Origin: Anthoceros angustus
Taxonomy: Eukaryota > Plantae > Anthocerotophyta
Reading direction: 5' to 3'
Assembly: GCA_010909165.1 (NCBI GenBank)
Contig: MU008167.1
Coordinates: forward strand, 496,001 to 560,000
Length of the DNA stretch: 64,000 bases
Position numbers and translations under genes: made by a program. The notes under the pieces are model-generated. The model was not told the origin of the DNA, searched no databases, and saw only the letters and a list, made by a program, of their open reading frames with translations. This document shows, piece by piece, positions 23,917 through 36,100 of the stretch; position 1 is the stretch's first letter, and each line of letters starts with the position of its first letter.

Positions 23917-25095
23917 TTGCAGCAGCTGGAAGTGTTTGCGAAATCTGCATCTTGTATACCCCGATCTGTGGAGAAGGGGTCTGCCCGTCCCAGAGCGCTG
24001 CGAAGTATGGTGGCTACAATCCGGGAGGAGGATGCACCAGGATACGGTGGCAGCTGGCAGGCAATTTCACCGTCGGCAAATGCAAATGAGAGCACAAGTC
24101 CGGAAGAGGCTTTGGTGAAGGTGCTTTTCTGCGGTGTGGAGTTCCCTGCTGCAGTTCAATTCACGCAAGAAGCTGTGAAGCCTTTCCCGCACGTGAAGAT
24201 CGATTTTTGTCCACGGGAGGATGTGCCTGACAGAATTTCTGACTGTGATATGTGTGTTGTGAGAATGGCAAAGCTGGATGATGCTGTCATTGCCCGTGCG
24301 AAACACCTCAAGCTTATAATCCAGTACGGCGTAGGCCTGGAAGGAGTGGACGTTCTGGCTGCAAGCCGGAGAGGAATTAAGGTGGCCAAAATCACGAGTG
24401 ACGGCACTGGCAATGCCCTATCCTGTGCAGAGCATGCGCTGTATCTCATCTTCGGGCTGCTCAGAGACCAGAAGGCCATGGCGGAAAGCGTTTCTCTACG
24501 GAGACTTGGCGAACCAGTCGGAGAGACTCTGTATGGAAAAACGGTGCTCATCATCGGGTACGGCAACATCAGCAAGGAGCTCATACTCCGGCTCAGTGTG
24601 TTCGGTGTCCGCATCTTGGTGATTAGCCAGTTCTGGGACAAGGAGCCTACTGGTGCCAAACCACTGTCAGACCAGATCATCCACGAGAAAGGCAGCAGGC
24701 AGGATCTCCACAGATTCGCCAGCCGTGCTGATGTTGTGTTCACCTGCTGCACCCTGACCAAAGAGACGCAAGGGATTGTGGATGCAAAGCTCCTTGCCAG
24801 CTTCAAGTCGGGGGCCAGACTGGTAAACGTTGCTAGAGGAGGCCTGCTGGACTACCAAGCAGTAAAGGCTGCATTGGACTCAGGTCACCTGGGTGGCCTG
24901 GCCATGGATGTTACTTGGTATGAACCGTTTGACCCTTCAGATCCGATTGTCCAACATCCCAAGGTTTTGCTCACACCTCATATTGCAGGAGTCACAGATC
25001 TATCTTACAGGAATATGTCCAAGCTGATTGCAGAATGCGCAAATCAGCTCCACAAGGGCCTTGGCAGCATTCCCGGTGTACAGTTTGTGAACTGA
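23917..25095 (+). CDS. D-isomer-specific 2-hydroxyacid dehydrogenase family protein (AT1G72190-like), intronless
   Basis: VLFCG..FP, QYGVGLEGVD, GNALSCAEHALYL, the NAD-binding GKTVLIIGYGNI, LVNVARGGLLDY, MDVTWYEPFDP and TPHIAGVT (Arg/Glu/His catalytic set). The first in-frame ATG is at 24007, so the true start is uncertain. Confidence 0.9.
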   Translation: MQQLEVFAKSASCIPRSVEKGSARPRALRSMVATIREEDAPGYGGSWQAISPSANANESTSPEEALVKVLFCGVEFPAAVQFTQEAVKPFPHVKIDFCPREDVPDRISDCDMCVVRMAKLDDAVIARAKHLKLIIQYGVGLEGVDVLAASRRGIKVAKITSDGTGNALSCAEHALYLIFGLLRDQKAMAESVSLRRLGEPVGETLYGKTVLIIGYGNISKELILRLSVFGVRILVISQFWDKEPTGAKPLSDQIIHEKGSRQDLHRFASRADVVFTCCTLTKETQGIVDAKLLASFKSGARLVNVARGGLLDYQAVKAALDSGHLGGLAMDVTWYEPFDPSDPIVQHPKVLLTPHIAGVTDLSYRNMSKLIAECANQLHKGLGSIPGVQFVN

Positions 25096-25860
25096 CGAGT
25101 TCAGGTGCAACAACCTGTGTAGGACCGAGAAAGAGGAACAGCCATGAACAACCTGAAGTACTTGTTACTCACATTTCCGTCTTTAAACATCGCAGCTCTG
25201 CTCCACAATGTGCTCCATCTGTCAGGATTTTTCAGTCAGGATTTGAGCTCATGAGTAGAAGCAGCTGAACTGTGTGGACTTTCAGGGGTCCGTCGCGTCA
25301 AGCGGAACACCCTTTCCTCGAGATAACTTCATATGTTGCCAATTGCATGAAATTAAGTGGAATGCGCGGAACTTTGATTCCTCTGGCATGGTTCAGCAAA
25401 AAAAGATTGAAAAAAAACAAAAGCTTCAAGTGCTTCATGCCGGTGCCCCTGACACCGCAGGTCAGCACGGGGGGGCCCGACTTTTAGCCAAGAAACCTCA
25501 AACACGCAACCGCTGCAGAATTGAACTCCAGCTACAGTAGCAGGTCACCGTAGAGCTGGAAAGCAACAGCCAGTAAGAACCGACACAACATGCCCACTCG
25601 ACATCACAAAATCACCACGAAATGAATGAAGCAAGTTGTGCGGAGAAATATGTCCTCAAAAATTGCAAACAAGGCGGTTTTCCAAGGCCTTCGAGCACAC
25701 GTCTCTACCGGACCTCACAAGCCATACCGCGACCTCTAAGCACTTGACGCAACATCATCGCTGTCCCGGGAACACGGACATCTAAGCCCAAGCTGCCAAG
25801 AACGAACGCCGCTACCCATGCCGAATAAGAATTCCCTTTCCAACGGAGGAAAACCTTCGT

Positions 25861-26115
25861 TCAGCTCTTGTCCTTCAACTTCTGCTCCTCGTCCCAGGTC
25901 CTGACCCAACGTCTGAACCAGTGATCATAATACATCTTCCCCTCCTTGAAATTCTCCAAAACACCCGCTGCTCTGCCTTCCTTTTTCACCCTCACATCAG
26001 GATTGGTGGTCAAGTTGCGGGCCACTGCGAAACCGGAGAGCGCCACTCCAGCTCCCACCGCCAGAAACAATGGATACACCTCGGGCTTTATCCAGCGACT
26101 GCCTCCCCCTGTCAT
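25861..26115 (-). CDS. B12D: B12D / NDUFA4-like mitochondrial membrane protein, intronless
   Basis: MTGGGSRWIKPEVYPLFLAVGAGVALSGFAVARNLTTNPDVRVKKEGRAAGVLENFKEG..Y..H..RR is the B12D family signature. The C-terminus is somewhat divergent. Confidence 0.88.
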   Translation of the reverse strand: MTGGGSRWIKPEVYPLFLAVGAGVALSGFAVARNLTTNPDVRVKKEGRAAGVLENFKEGKMYYDHWFRRWVRTWDEEQKLKDKS

Positions 26116-28094
26116 GGCGCACAACCTGCACTCCCAACCAGCTGAAAAGGCTCAGACCAAAACCGGCGGACTCGCAACTTCAAACCCTTGCTCATCCGCA
26201 AGTCATGCAAATCCCCCCGCCCGGGATCTCAGTGCAAACGTCACAACCTCCAACTGTATCTGCACCACAAATGGCTTAACGTGCATACTTACAACGTAAT
26301 GGCGCGATCGGAACAGGATCCTGCGACAGATCTGGACTTGGAATGCAAGCACCCAAACCGGCCACAACGCACACGAAGCCGTGCACAACAAAAGTGCTAA
26401 ACCCCAACCACTTACCTCTGAAGGAGCGCGAGACCGAGACCGTGTTCACATTTGTCTTGGTAGCTTTCCAAACAGGGATTTGATGAGTACGAAACTTGTG
26501 ATATGTTTGATTCATGTGTCCCGACCTATTAAATTTAGATTTTTAATTTAGTATTTTAAAAATAAATCAAAACAAACCCGGGGAGAAATCTTCAGCAAGG
26601 GCAAGGGTTCCGATTCCCCTATGTTACACATCGTATTATTGCATCACTATACTCTTCCCAAGGTCATCTAAGTACGTGCCTAGATATCATCGCAGGTTAT
26701 GTGAGACTTGGGAATAACTCCCTTACCCACTAAAACTTCCCACCTTTACCTTTGCTCGAGAATAAGGCTTGTCATATGTTGTTGTGTCGGCTCCAACAAA
26801 ATCATCATCTTGAATTTGCCTAGTCCCAAACCACCTATCTCCCTGCCCCTAACAGATCGTTGCCCTCACCCAAGAACTTGCACTCCCAAGGAAGGCCTTT
26901 TGCGTTCTTCCAATAGGACCTACCCCGCCAAGATGATGATTTCGAATTCATCCCGGTCACCCTTAAGGGCGGCCTAGAACGTAGGTAATACCTCTGCCAG
27001 AAAGAGGGCAACCGGGATGAAGCCCGAAGTAACCCTCTTCTTCAAGGGGTAGGTCCAGCCTGATAGCGCTAACCCTCTCATTGTACCCTCTAAGAGAACA
27101 ACTACTTCATCCTCGCCACTCCACTCTGAAAAACCAAGAACATGTTGCACCGCTACGCAAATGAGCTCTCCTATTATCCTCTGCCGCTTCGAGAGGACGT
27201 GGTTGCATTCAAGAAGAAGATGTGGCAAAGATTTCCCTCTGATCTGCATTGCAGAGAGGACAGTTCACGGATGTGTTTAGCATAATATTTTATTATCTTA
27301 ACTTGACAAAATTTCCCATAAATTTAAGTCTATGTTGTTCAACTTTATGTATATTAATTATATTTCATATCATCGAGAACATGATCATAATCCTCGAGAT
27401 TATACCAAACCCAAGGATTATCTATATATGTAGTATTTCTGCACACCAAAATATATATTGAGTCTAATGTTGAACTCCACGGGAGAAGTAGTATATAGTA
27501 GTGAATTATTGTTCCATGTAGTAAACCTAGATATTTAGGCAACTCTATAGATGTCTAACTTTCGAGGTGCTTGTGTATGGTAATAGTGTTGCTCCTAGAC
27601 CGTGGGCCGAGAATGACCTTGACCTTGTTGTATCAATGCTTTGAGAGGGATAATTGTCCTAGTCTCTGAGATAGGGCCACTATAAAATTATTTCATATCT
27701 ACATATAAAAAAAAGAAGAACTTCACTACTAGTGAATAATTGATCATAAGCAACGGAATAGAATCACAAGAACATATGAATTGATTTGATCAAAAGAACA
27801 GGCTAGTTGTTTTCCTTATTGTAATAGTAACATTATCCATTAGATTTATGGTGATATCAAGCCCATGCATGTAATCCTTCTTATCCATGCCACTCAATAG
27901 GTTTGAGAGAAAGAGTGAAAAATGAATAGTGGAAGCAAATCAATACACCAATGACAGTGTGGAGATTTAGTAAGGTCTTATGAACAAGATATACAGAATA
28001 TACAGATATTCTTTGCTTACTCTTATTTCAAAAACTATCAAAAATCCGGAGTGTGTGATGATAATGAATTCCATAAGGTGTGCAGGTGTGCGCT

Positions 28095-28565
28095 TCAAAA
28101 TAAACCATAGAAGCATTCGCTGGTGGTCTTACCACTTTGGGTGGACCAGAAGTCGCCTCCCCGGTCATACACGAGCTCACCTCGGCCGTCGATGAGCCTG
28201 AAGTAGAATGAACCTCGGGCGGGATCCGCTACACTCTGAGTGGCCCACTTACACTGATCCCATGCATCGAGCAGTACCAGCCTGCCCTCGATCTCCAACT
28301 TCACGCTGCAGTCTGAGCCCTGGCCGTATGTTTTAGTGGACCAAACAGGCCTCTCTAGTCGGCCCTCGTATTCGTAGAGCACCAAGTTGCAGTCGTCTTG
28401 CATGAGCAAGGTGAAATTCCCCCGGGATAGAGCATTTCCAGAGAATAAACGGTAGTCTGCGGGAATGATGTTGCCTCCGTACACAGATTGTGGCAAACAT
28501 ATGCCCCCCCTTGCCATAGCCATGAGCAGGAGTAGGGCTGCGAAGACTTGCCATGCTGTGACCAT
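28095..28565 (-). CDS. Secreted GNA/bulb-type (B-lectin) mannose-binding-like lectin 1
   Basis: Signal peptide followed by a B-lectin domain. Site QDDCNLVLY is intact; the other sites are degenerate (EIEGRLVLL). Confidence 0.85.
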   Translation of the reverse strand: MVTAWQVFAALLLLMAMARGGICLPQSVYGGNIIPADYRLFSGNALSRGNFTLLMQDDCNLVLYEYEGRLERPVWSTKTYGQGSDCSVKLEIEGRLVLLDAWDQCKWATQSVADPARGSFYFRLIDGRGELVYDRGGDFWSTQSGKTTSECFYGLF

Positions 28566-29334
28566 TCTGGGTTTTGGGTTTCAAGTGTTGGTGTTTGCAA
28601 CTGGGTTTGGAAGGGAGAGTGCTAGAGAGAAGTGAAAAAGTGCAAGAAGTTAGTCTGTGATAGAAATCCCAGGGCTCCTGATCCATAGGCTTGCTTAGGA
28701 AATGGGAGGCACAACTTCCTAGTCAGGAGAACGATGTGGTATCTGGGTTCGCGGTCCACGTTGATTCTTTGCAGATTCCTGGAATCAAAGTTGAAAAGGG
28801 GTGGTGTTAGTTTCGTCATGCTGCTTTCTTCGACGGCAGGGCTGGGGTTGGATCATGCATGCTCCGACTATCATTTTTCTGTGGGCAGCTTATGGCAAGC
28901 TGTAAGCTTGTTAGGAGTAGTGGTGTAAGTATCTGCTGTGCTTGAATGTGAAGAAGCAAACCATACTCGAGCTGGCGGCATGCAGCATGCGTCTGGGAGG
29001 AATGGGACAGTTTGAAGCATGTGGTGTGTTGCTGTTGATGTAAAGGTTTGGAGTTGGAGAATGAAGATCTGGGCGGTGAGCAGTTTTGAGTATCATAATT
29101 ATGTCATTACATTGTGCAAGGCTGTGCTAGAACGGCGACAACGACGACAACGACGAGGACAACAACAACAGGCCTGTGCTACGTGATCCTGAAATATGGT
29201 GTATGTATGTAACTTGATGTATCGTCTTTACATGTAGTATAAGAAGCAAATCAGCTACAGAAGGACGTACTTTCATATAGATCTGAGCAACAAATGATGA
29301 TGAATTATCATAGCCCAGTAAGGACGGATGAGCT

Positions 29335-29787
29335 CTATGGTATTTTCCAGAAGGACTCCTGAGGCGGAGCTGTAGCGTACAAGAGTTCGGCAGTGCAGTC
29401 GTCGTGGAGGTTGAAGTAGAATGGGCCTTTGTTGGGATCTGCACGAGTGTTGCTAGCCCACTGGGCTTGGCCAGCTGCGGTGTACACCACCAAATTACCG
29501 TCGGACTGCAGTATGAGATAGCAGTCACCTCCTCTGCCAGCTGTCCCGGAGTTCCAACGAGGGCGGTTTACACCATTCCCGTCCAGCTGGTAGAGCACCA
29601 GGTTGCAGTCAGTTTGGATGATGAAGGTGCAGGAACCTCGAGTCATGGCCCGGCCGGTTGGTAGTTTGTAGCCCACCAGAAGGATGTTTCCGCCTCCTAC
29701 GGTCTGCGACAAGCTCCCAGGAGCCATAACTATGAGCAGCAGCAGTACCCCAGTCACCATATGTCGGAGAGGAAGAGTTGAAGCCAT
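29335..29787 (-). CDS. Secreted GNA/bulb-type lectin 2
   Basis: Signal peptide MASTLPLRHMVTGVLLLLIVMAPGSLS and two intact QxDxNxVxY sites (QTDCNLVLY, QSDGNLVVY). A TATA-like CATATAAA lies about 90 bp upstream. Confidence 0.9.
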   Translation of the reverse strand: MASTLPLRHMVTGVLLLLIVMAPGSLSQTVGGGNILLVGYKLPTGRAMTRGSCTFIIQTDCNLVLYQLDGNGVNRPRWNSGTAGRGGDCYLILQSDGNLVVYTAAGQAQWASNTRADPNKGPFYFNLHDDCTAELLYATAPPQESFWKIP

Positions 29788-31521
29788 TCTGAAAGAGTTT
29801 AAAGAAGTTGTAGTTGTAGAAAGACACGGTGAAGGCACAGACTTTACTCCTCATACCCATTGCTAGCAACGGTTTATATGGTGCTAGACTAGGTCAGAAG
29901 TCAAGCTTTCCCATGGCCACACGCCTTGTGCAGACCCAGAAACTTGGGCACCTGTGCAGGCACAGCTCTCGAAGGATGTTGGTACCATAATCAAATAAAG
30001 TCAATATAGTCAGACAAGCCATGCCATCGACTGGTTATAGAAGATTCCTGCATCGGATTCTCGGCAGAAAGAGAATCATACAAAACGGTCTCAGGCTAGC
30101 TTCCCCATGCTTCTGTCATTTAGGAAGCAGGAGTAGGAAGAGGAAGAGGAGCATGGAGGCCTATTCACACTTAATGCTAAACTGCTGAACTGAGTGACTT
30201 AAGGCACTCAAGGGCCAGAAAAATTTAATATCGGCAGTTTTAATTTGTTACAGTCAGAGTAGCTTCAAGTATTAGATGCAGTAGATGCAGCAGACCAGAT
30301 CCGCACCAACTCCGGCTCCTGTGGCTGGGCACGGCTTATGAAGTAGACGCCGATTGCTCCATTTTCCCACAGGATGAGCTGATAAGGCCCGTGATCATAT
30401 CCTCCCGGTGCCGCTCGACCAGAGCGTCTTGAAAGGATAAGTGCCGTCCAGGACCGCCAGGTTGCCATCACCTTGAAGCTGCATGAAGCAATTGGTGCCC
30501 TTGTCTTGGGTACCCGACTGCCACAGTTTTTCGAAGTTGAGTCTGCACAGCACCAGGTTGCAGTCAGTTTGGATGATGAAGGTGCAGGAACCTCGAGTCA
30601 TGGCCCGGCCGGTTGGTAGTTGTAGCCCACCAGAAGGATGTTTCCGCCTCCTACGGTCTGCGACAAGCTCCCAGGAGCCATAACTATGAGCAGCAGCAGT
30701 ACCCCAGTCACCATATGTCGGAGAGGAAGAGTTGAAGCCATTCTGAAAGAGTTTAAAGAAGTTGTAGTTGTAGAAAGACACGGTGAAGGCACAGACTTTA
30801 CTCCTCATACCCATTGCTAGCAACGGTTTATATGGTGCTAGACTAGGTCAGAAGTCAAGCTTTCCCATGGCCACACGCCTTGTGCAGACCCAGAAACTTG
30901 GGCACCTGTGCAGGCACAGCTCTCGAAGGATGTTGGTACCATAATCAAATAAAGTCAATATAGTCAGACAAGCCATGCCATCGACTGGTTATAGAAGATT
31001 CCTGCATCGGATTCTCGGCAGAAAGAGAATCATACAAAACGGTCTCAGGCTAGCTTCCCCATGCTTCTGTCATTTAGGAAGCAGGAGTAGGAAGAGGAAG
31101 AGGAGCATGGAGGCCTATTCACACTTAATGCTAAACTGCTGAACTGAGTGACTTAAGGCACTCAAGGGCCAGAAAAATTTAATATCGGCAGTTTTAATTT
31201 GTTACAGTCAGAGTAGCTTCAAGTATTAGATGCAGTAGATGCAGCAGACCAGATCCGCACCAACTCCGGCTCCTGTGGCTGGGCACGGCTTATGAAGTAG
31301 ACGCCGATTGCTCCATTTTCCCACAGGATGAGCTGATAAGGCCCGTGATCATATCCCCTCCCGGTGCCGCTCGACCAGAGCGTCTTGAAAGGATAAGTGC
31401 CGTCCAGGACCGCCAGGTTGCCATCACCTTGAAGCTGCATGAAGCAATTGGTGCCCTTGTCTTGGGTACCCGACTGCCACAGTTTTTCGAAGTTGAGTCT
31501 GCACAGCACCAGGTTGCAGTC
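29594..31521. repeat. Near-identical direct tandem duplication, unit about 955-957 bp
   Basis: 29594-30548 matches 30549-31504 except for two homopolymer indels. The 17-mer AGCACCAGGTTGCAGTC occurs at all three boundaries (29594, 30549, 31505). Confidence 0.95.
30265..30741 (-). CDS. Chimeric GNA lectin (lectin 2 N-terminus fused to lectin 3 C-terminus), with two homopolymer indels
   Basis: The 5' part is identical to lectin 2 up to DCNLVL and the 3' part is identical to lectin 3 from there. A 1-nt deletion near 30620 and a 2-nt deletion near 30398 break the frame. May be an assembly artefact. Confidence 0.6.
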
Positions 31522-31737
31522 TTCTTGCATGATCATCTTGTAGGGACCGTTGGCGAGAGCGGTGTGAGGTTGGAGGCTCGACGTGTCGCCGTCTGTGGCC
31601 AAGACGTTGCGGCCAATCGTTTCGGCGGGATACAACAACCCAGCAAAAAAGGAACATTCGTAAGAGTCCCCGACCACGGCTCCAGCCAGAGATAGGAGGA
31701 GCAAGATGGCCGTGGCCCAACATCCCCAGGCATTCAT
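31219..31737 (-). CDS. Secreted GNA/bulb-type lectin 3, divergent binding sites
   Basis: Signal peptide, N-terminal EC..GLL.P extension, and sites QEDCNLVLC, QGDGNLAVL and WENGAIGVY. Confidence 0.87.
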   Translation of the reverse strand: MNAWGCWATAILLLLSLAGAVVGDSYECSFFAGLLYPAETIGRNVLATDGDTSSLQPHTALANGPYKMIMQEDCNLVLCRLNFEKLWQSGTQDKGTNCFMQLQGDGNLAVLDGTYPFKTLWSSGTGRGYDHGPYQLILWENGAIGVYFISRAQPQEPELVRIWSAASTASNT

Positions 31738-32161
31738 GTTCGCACGACTGCTTTCAAAACTTGTGCATGTTGTGTGAGTTGGAGACCCCCAAGCAATACA
31801 CCTCGTATGAGTTCAAAAGCGCGAGACCACCAATATATCATTGGAAGGCAAGGATGGATGATGCTAACTCAAGTAATCTCTGTACACTTGCAGCAAGCTA
31901 GCCTAGCATCAATGCTTCCAGTCCCGATTCTCGAGGAGCATGGAATTGCGAATATTAGTTGACAGGTCTCTACCGACATCAGATTTGCCTAGAAGGCGGA
32001 GCAGGCATGGAGGCACCACAATACCGAATGTAACAGGCTATGTAATTGTACATATAAATCTGGCTACAGAATACAGAGCGCAGTGAAGCCCTATGCTACA
32101 GGAGACTGCGTCTTTTGCAGGTAGGTGAGTATCTCTTTCTTGTCCAGTCCTGGATTCTCAA

Positions 32162-32695
32162 CTAAGGCTTGGACCAGATGGTAACCAGATGCAGGGGGAG
32201 CTCCGGGTTGTCGTCATAAGAGTACTGGAGCTCCACGCGGCCGGTAGTTTGGAGGCGGAGCTCGAACGGCCCGAACACGGCTCCTGGCCCTGTACCGCTG
32301 CTCCAGATCTGATTGAAGCCTCCGATTCCGTTGGTGATTACCAGATTTCCGTCTGAACGGAGCTGGGCGAAGCACTGTTGGCCGTCGCCTGCCGTGTCAG
32401 AGTGCCACAAGACGTGTCTCCTGCCCTTGCAAAGCACCAGGTCGCAGTCGCTCTGCATGATGAACTCGTATGGTCTGCTCACCAGGGCTGTGTGGTGAAG
32501 GAGGACGGCAGTGTGGCCCGGCTCCCAGCTTGCGAGATATTTCTTATCCATCGGGCTCGCGGGGGAGAGCAGTCCCAGCGCAGAACATTCTTGAGCTCCT
32601 GCTCCAGGGAAACCAAAACTCCCAAAACTCCCAAAACTCATGCTTGCTACACAGACGAGGATCGTGAAAGTTACAAACCGGGGTTCAGAATTCAT
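32162..32695 (-). CDS. Secreted GNA/bulb-type lectin 4, divergent binding sites
   Basis: Hydrophobic N-terminus, EC..GLL.P extension, and sites QSDCDLVLC, RSDGNLVIT and QTTGRVELQY. Confidence 0.85.
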   Translation of the reverse strand: MNSEPRFVTFTILVCVASMSFGSFGSFGFPGAGAQECSALGLLSPASPMDKKYLASWEPGHTAVLLHHTALVSRPYEFIMQSDCDLVLCKGRRHVLWHSDTAGDGQQCFAQLRSDGNLVITNGIGGFNQIWSSGTGPGAVFGPFELRLQTTGRVELQYSYDDNPELPLHLVTIWSKP

Positions 32696-33128
32696 CTTGG
32701 GGAGGTACTGAAACGCATACCATTAATTAGTCTAGGTACTTGCATCTTCTTGAGGGAGCTCCTGTATGGACATCATGCCGAATGTTGTGGTGGATCAAAT
32801 TCCCAAAGATTCCAAGGTTGTTAGGCTAAAAGGTGGGTACCAGATTCATGGTCCCAGGGAAGATGGCTTTGTTCGCAGTAGGTAGCGTCTTTCCGGTGAT
32901 GAAAAATATATGGCCAATGAAGAGCAAACTGGTGTGACACCGACATAGATAATAGGTGGCCATATTTATCGGGCCCGAAGACATCCCGGGGTCCACTAGA
33001 CGTAAATATCTTACTATCTGAGGTCATATCTCAATATCTGTGCAGAGCTCCCAATGCTGGTAAGCTTCTACCAATTATAGTTGCAGCTTCAAGTTCAGCC
33101 TGGCAGTTCAGAGGGCTTTGTGTCAAGG

Positions 33129-36100
33129 TCAAAAGTTCTTGGAAGCCGGAACAGCCCCCTTCGAGTTGGTCCACGAAGGAGCCTGAGCATGCTGAGGGAC
33201 CCCCGGGGGATTGGCACTGGCACGAGAACTGCTCGGGTAATTGGACTCTTCTACTGCTGCACGAGCAGTAGGAGGGTCCCTCTCCCTCACAAGCGCAATA
33301 TCACCGAAATCCAGCCGCCTACTGTTGAGTCGACTGTTGATGGCAGATAGGTCTTTGGAAGGACTTTGATACTCATGTGTGCTCTCCCCCACACAGGCAT
33401 AGAGGCTGCGAGTGTGAGGTGACATTATGAAGTCCATCTTCATTGCTCGCAGCGGTGACACAAACACATTGTGTGCGGCAGACACCTTCTTGGGAGACAT
33501 GTCAGGAAGGGTTGGGAAAGTGGAAGGCTCTGCTGCTTCCGGGGGCTGGCCATCAGAACCCGAACCTTCTGCACTCTCTCCAGCAGACAAAGAAGACGTC
33601 CCATTAGACCCTGGGCGGAGTAGGAAGACCTTGGCCGTGGGAACAAACACTTCATTGTAGAACCTGATAATATCTCCAGTCCCTGCCTCTTGACCTGCAG
33701 CCTTCCCTGTTCGTCTCATGGAGGGAGAATCAATGAAAACATTCCTGAAGACATAAGGCTTGCACTGTGGCTGTTTTCGGTAATGGAATATGATGTCGCG
33801 AAATGTAACATTGACCCTGCTCACCTTGCAAACTCCATAGATGCAGCAAAGTATGAGTTGGTCAATGTGCCGGTTGAAGAACACACTTGTTCCATTATGC
33901 AACATCTGTTTCATTGTGCCGAACACTTGTTCCATAACTGCATTGGCGAGCTGGAGACGCTCACACAGGCTCCGTATCCTGATTGCAGCCAGCTTGAGAA
34001 CTTTCTGGAAGAAGACATTTATCACGATTTCTGCACAGGTTTCACCACCACCAAGAGGCCCGGGCCTCTGAGGGCTGGCAAACTGAGATTGCAAGCTAGG
34101 CTGCATCCGGCCCTTGAGAGGAGAGGTGAAAGCCGAAAAAGCAGATGGCCTTTCCTTCGCAGGAGATCTTAAACTGGACATACCTGGTTGTTCTGCAGAG
34201 CCCATAATTCCAATACTGCCCTTCCCTCCCCAGGCCACCAGTGACCTGGGAGGAGATCCAGCCATCTCCCCACCTGCTCCCTCTGCTAAATGCCGCTGCA
34301 AAATACCTACAGTTGGCACATCCAATGGTGGCATTGGCTCTGGTAGCAAACATAACCTGTTGATTTCTGCAGCAAAAGATGGCTTGGCCACAAGTAGTGA
34401 GTTGTACATCGAGGAACCTCGCTCCCATGCCATGCTCTCCAGAAGCCGTTCTTCCAAAGAATTCAAGTGTCTCTTCAATTCCTTGGTAGGGTCTCTTCAT
34501 ACCTTACAAACCCCTCATTGTAGAACCTGATAATATCTCCAGTCCCTGCCTCTTGACCTGCAGCCTTCCCTGTTCGTCTCATGGAGGAGAATCAATGAAA
34601 ACATTCCTGAAGACATAAGGCTTGCACTGTGGCTGTTTTCGGTAATGGAATATGATGTCGCGAAATGTAACATTGACCCTGCTCACCTTGCAAACTCCAT
34701 AGATGCAGCAAAGTATGAGTTGGTCAATGTGCCGGTTGAAGAACACACTTGTTCCATTATGCAACATCTGTTTCATTGTGCCGAACACTTGTTCCATAAC
34801 TGCATTGGCGAGCTGGAGACGCTCACACAGGCTCCGTATCCTGATTGCAGCCAGCTTGAGAACTTTCTGGAAGAAGACATTTATCACGATTTCTGCACAG
34901 GTTTCACCACCACCAAGAGGCCCGGGCCTCTGAGGGCTGGCAAACTGAGATTGCAAGCTAGGCTGCATCCGGCCCTTGAGAGGAGAGGTGAAAGCCGAAA
35001 AAGCAGATGGCCTTTCCTTCGCAGGAGATCTTAAACTGGACATACCTGGTTGTTCTGCAGAGCCCATAATTCCAATACTGCCCTTCCCTCCCCAGGCCAC
35101 CAGTGACCTGGGAGGAGATCCAGCCATCTCCCACCTGCTCCTCTGCTAAATGCCGCTGCAAAATACCTACAGTTGGCACATCCAATGGTGGCATTGGCTC
35201 TGGTAGCAAACATAACCTGTTGATTTCTGCAGCAAAAGATGGCTTGGCCACAAGTAGTGAGTTGTACATCGAGGAACCTCGCTCCCATGCCATGCTCTCC
35301 AGAAGCCGTTCTTCCAAAGAATTCAAGTGTCTCTTCAATTCCCTTGGTAGGGTCTCTTCATACCTTACAAACCCCTCAATAACTTTGCTTAAATCAAATG
35401 CAGTTATACCTGTCGCCTCAAGAACTGCATGGAAAGTCATTGTCACCGTTTTGTGTGTTGCAAGAACAAGCTCTGCAGAGCAAGCTATCATACACCGGTG
35501 GAATCTCTCATTGGTGAGGAGAGAAGTTAAATTACTCCCGGGCTGTCTCTGTGCTTCAGATCTGCACATAGCGCCAAGCACCTTGTAGTATAACTTTGTT
35601 GCTTCCATCCTTCGCTGCTCTGCCCAGATAGAGTCCATAAGAGTAGCACCCCTGACTCCCCCCCAGACTCGCCAGTTTCCTGCTGCACTGCTCGAAAAAA
35701 TGGCTTCCATCAGGATCTGCAATCTGGATCGGATGTCACTGGTCACATCATGATCACAAGATCGGAAAGCCTGCAGAAGCTCAGCAGAAGGCTCCGAGGG
35801 CAGGGGAGCAATAACAGTGCGGAACCACTTGGCAGTTGTCATACTTGTGCTGACTGGTGTTGGTGGGGGCATCTTGCTAGTAGCAACTGCAACAGATTCC
35901 CCTTTCAGCGGAGATGAGCAAGGGGAGTTCAGAGTGCCTAGAGGAGAGGTCCCTGCCGACGCTCCCGTGCCATGATGTGGAGAAGACATGGCATCAAACT
36001 TTCGTTTCACCCCGGAGACACTCAAGGAACTTAGGGACGTAGCCCCAATCAACGTCTCATCTTCCCTGATAAAAACCCTCTCATCCAGCTCCCCCTGACA

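Noticed and set aside
26860-27250. Possible sixth CRE 3' fragment (TTAAGGGCGGCCTAGAACGTAGG resembles 58497-58520)
   Set aside because: The match is short and no REL or QRVSIALQR motif is recoverable.
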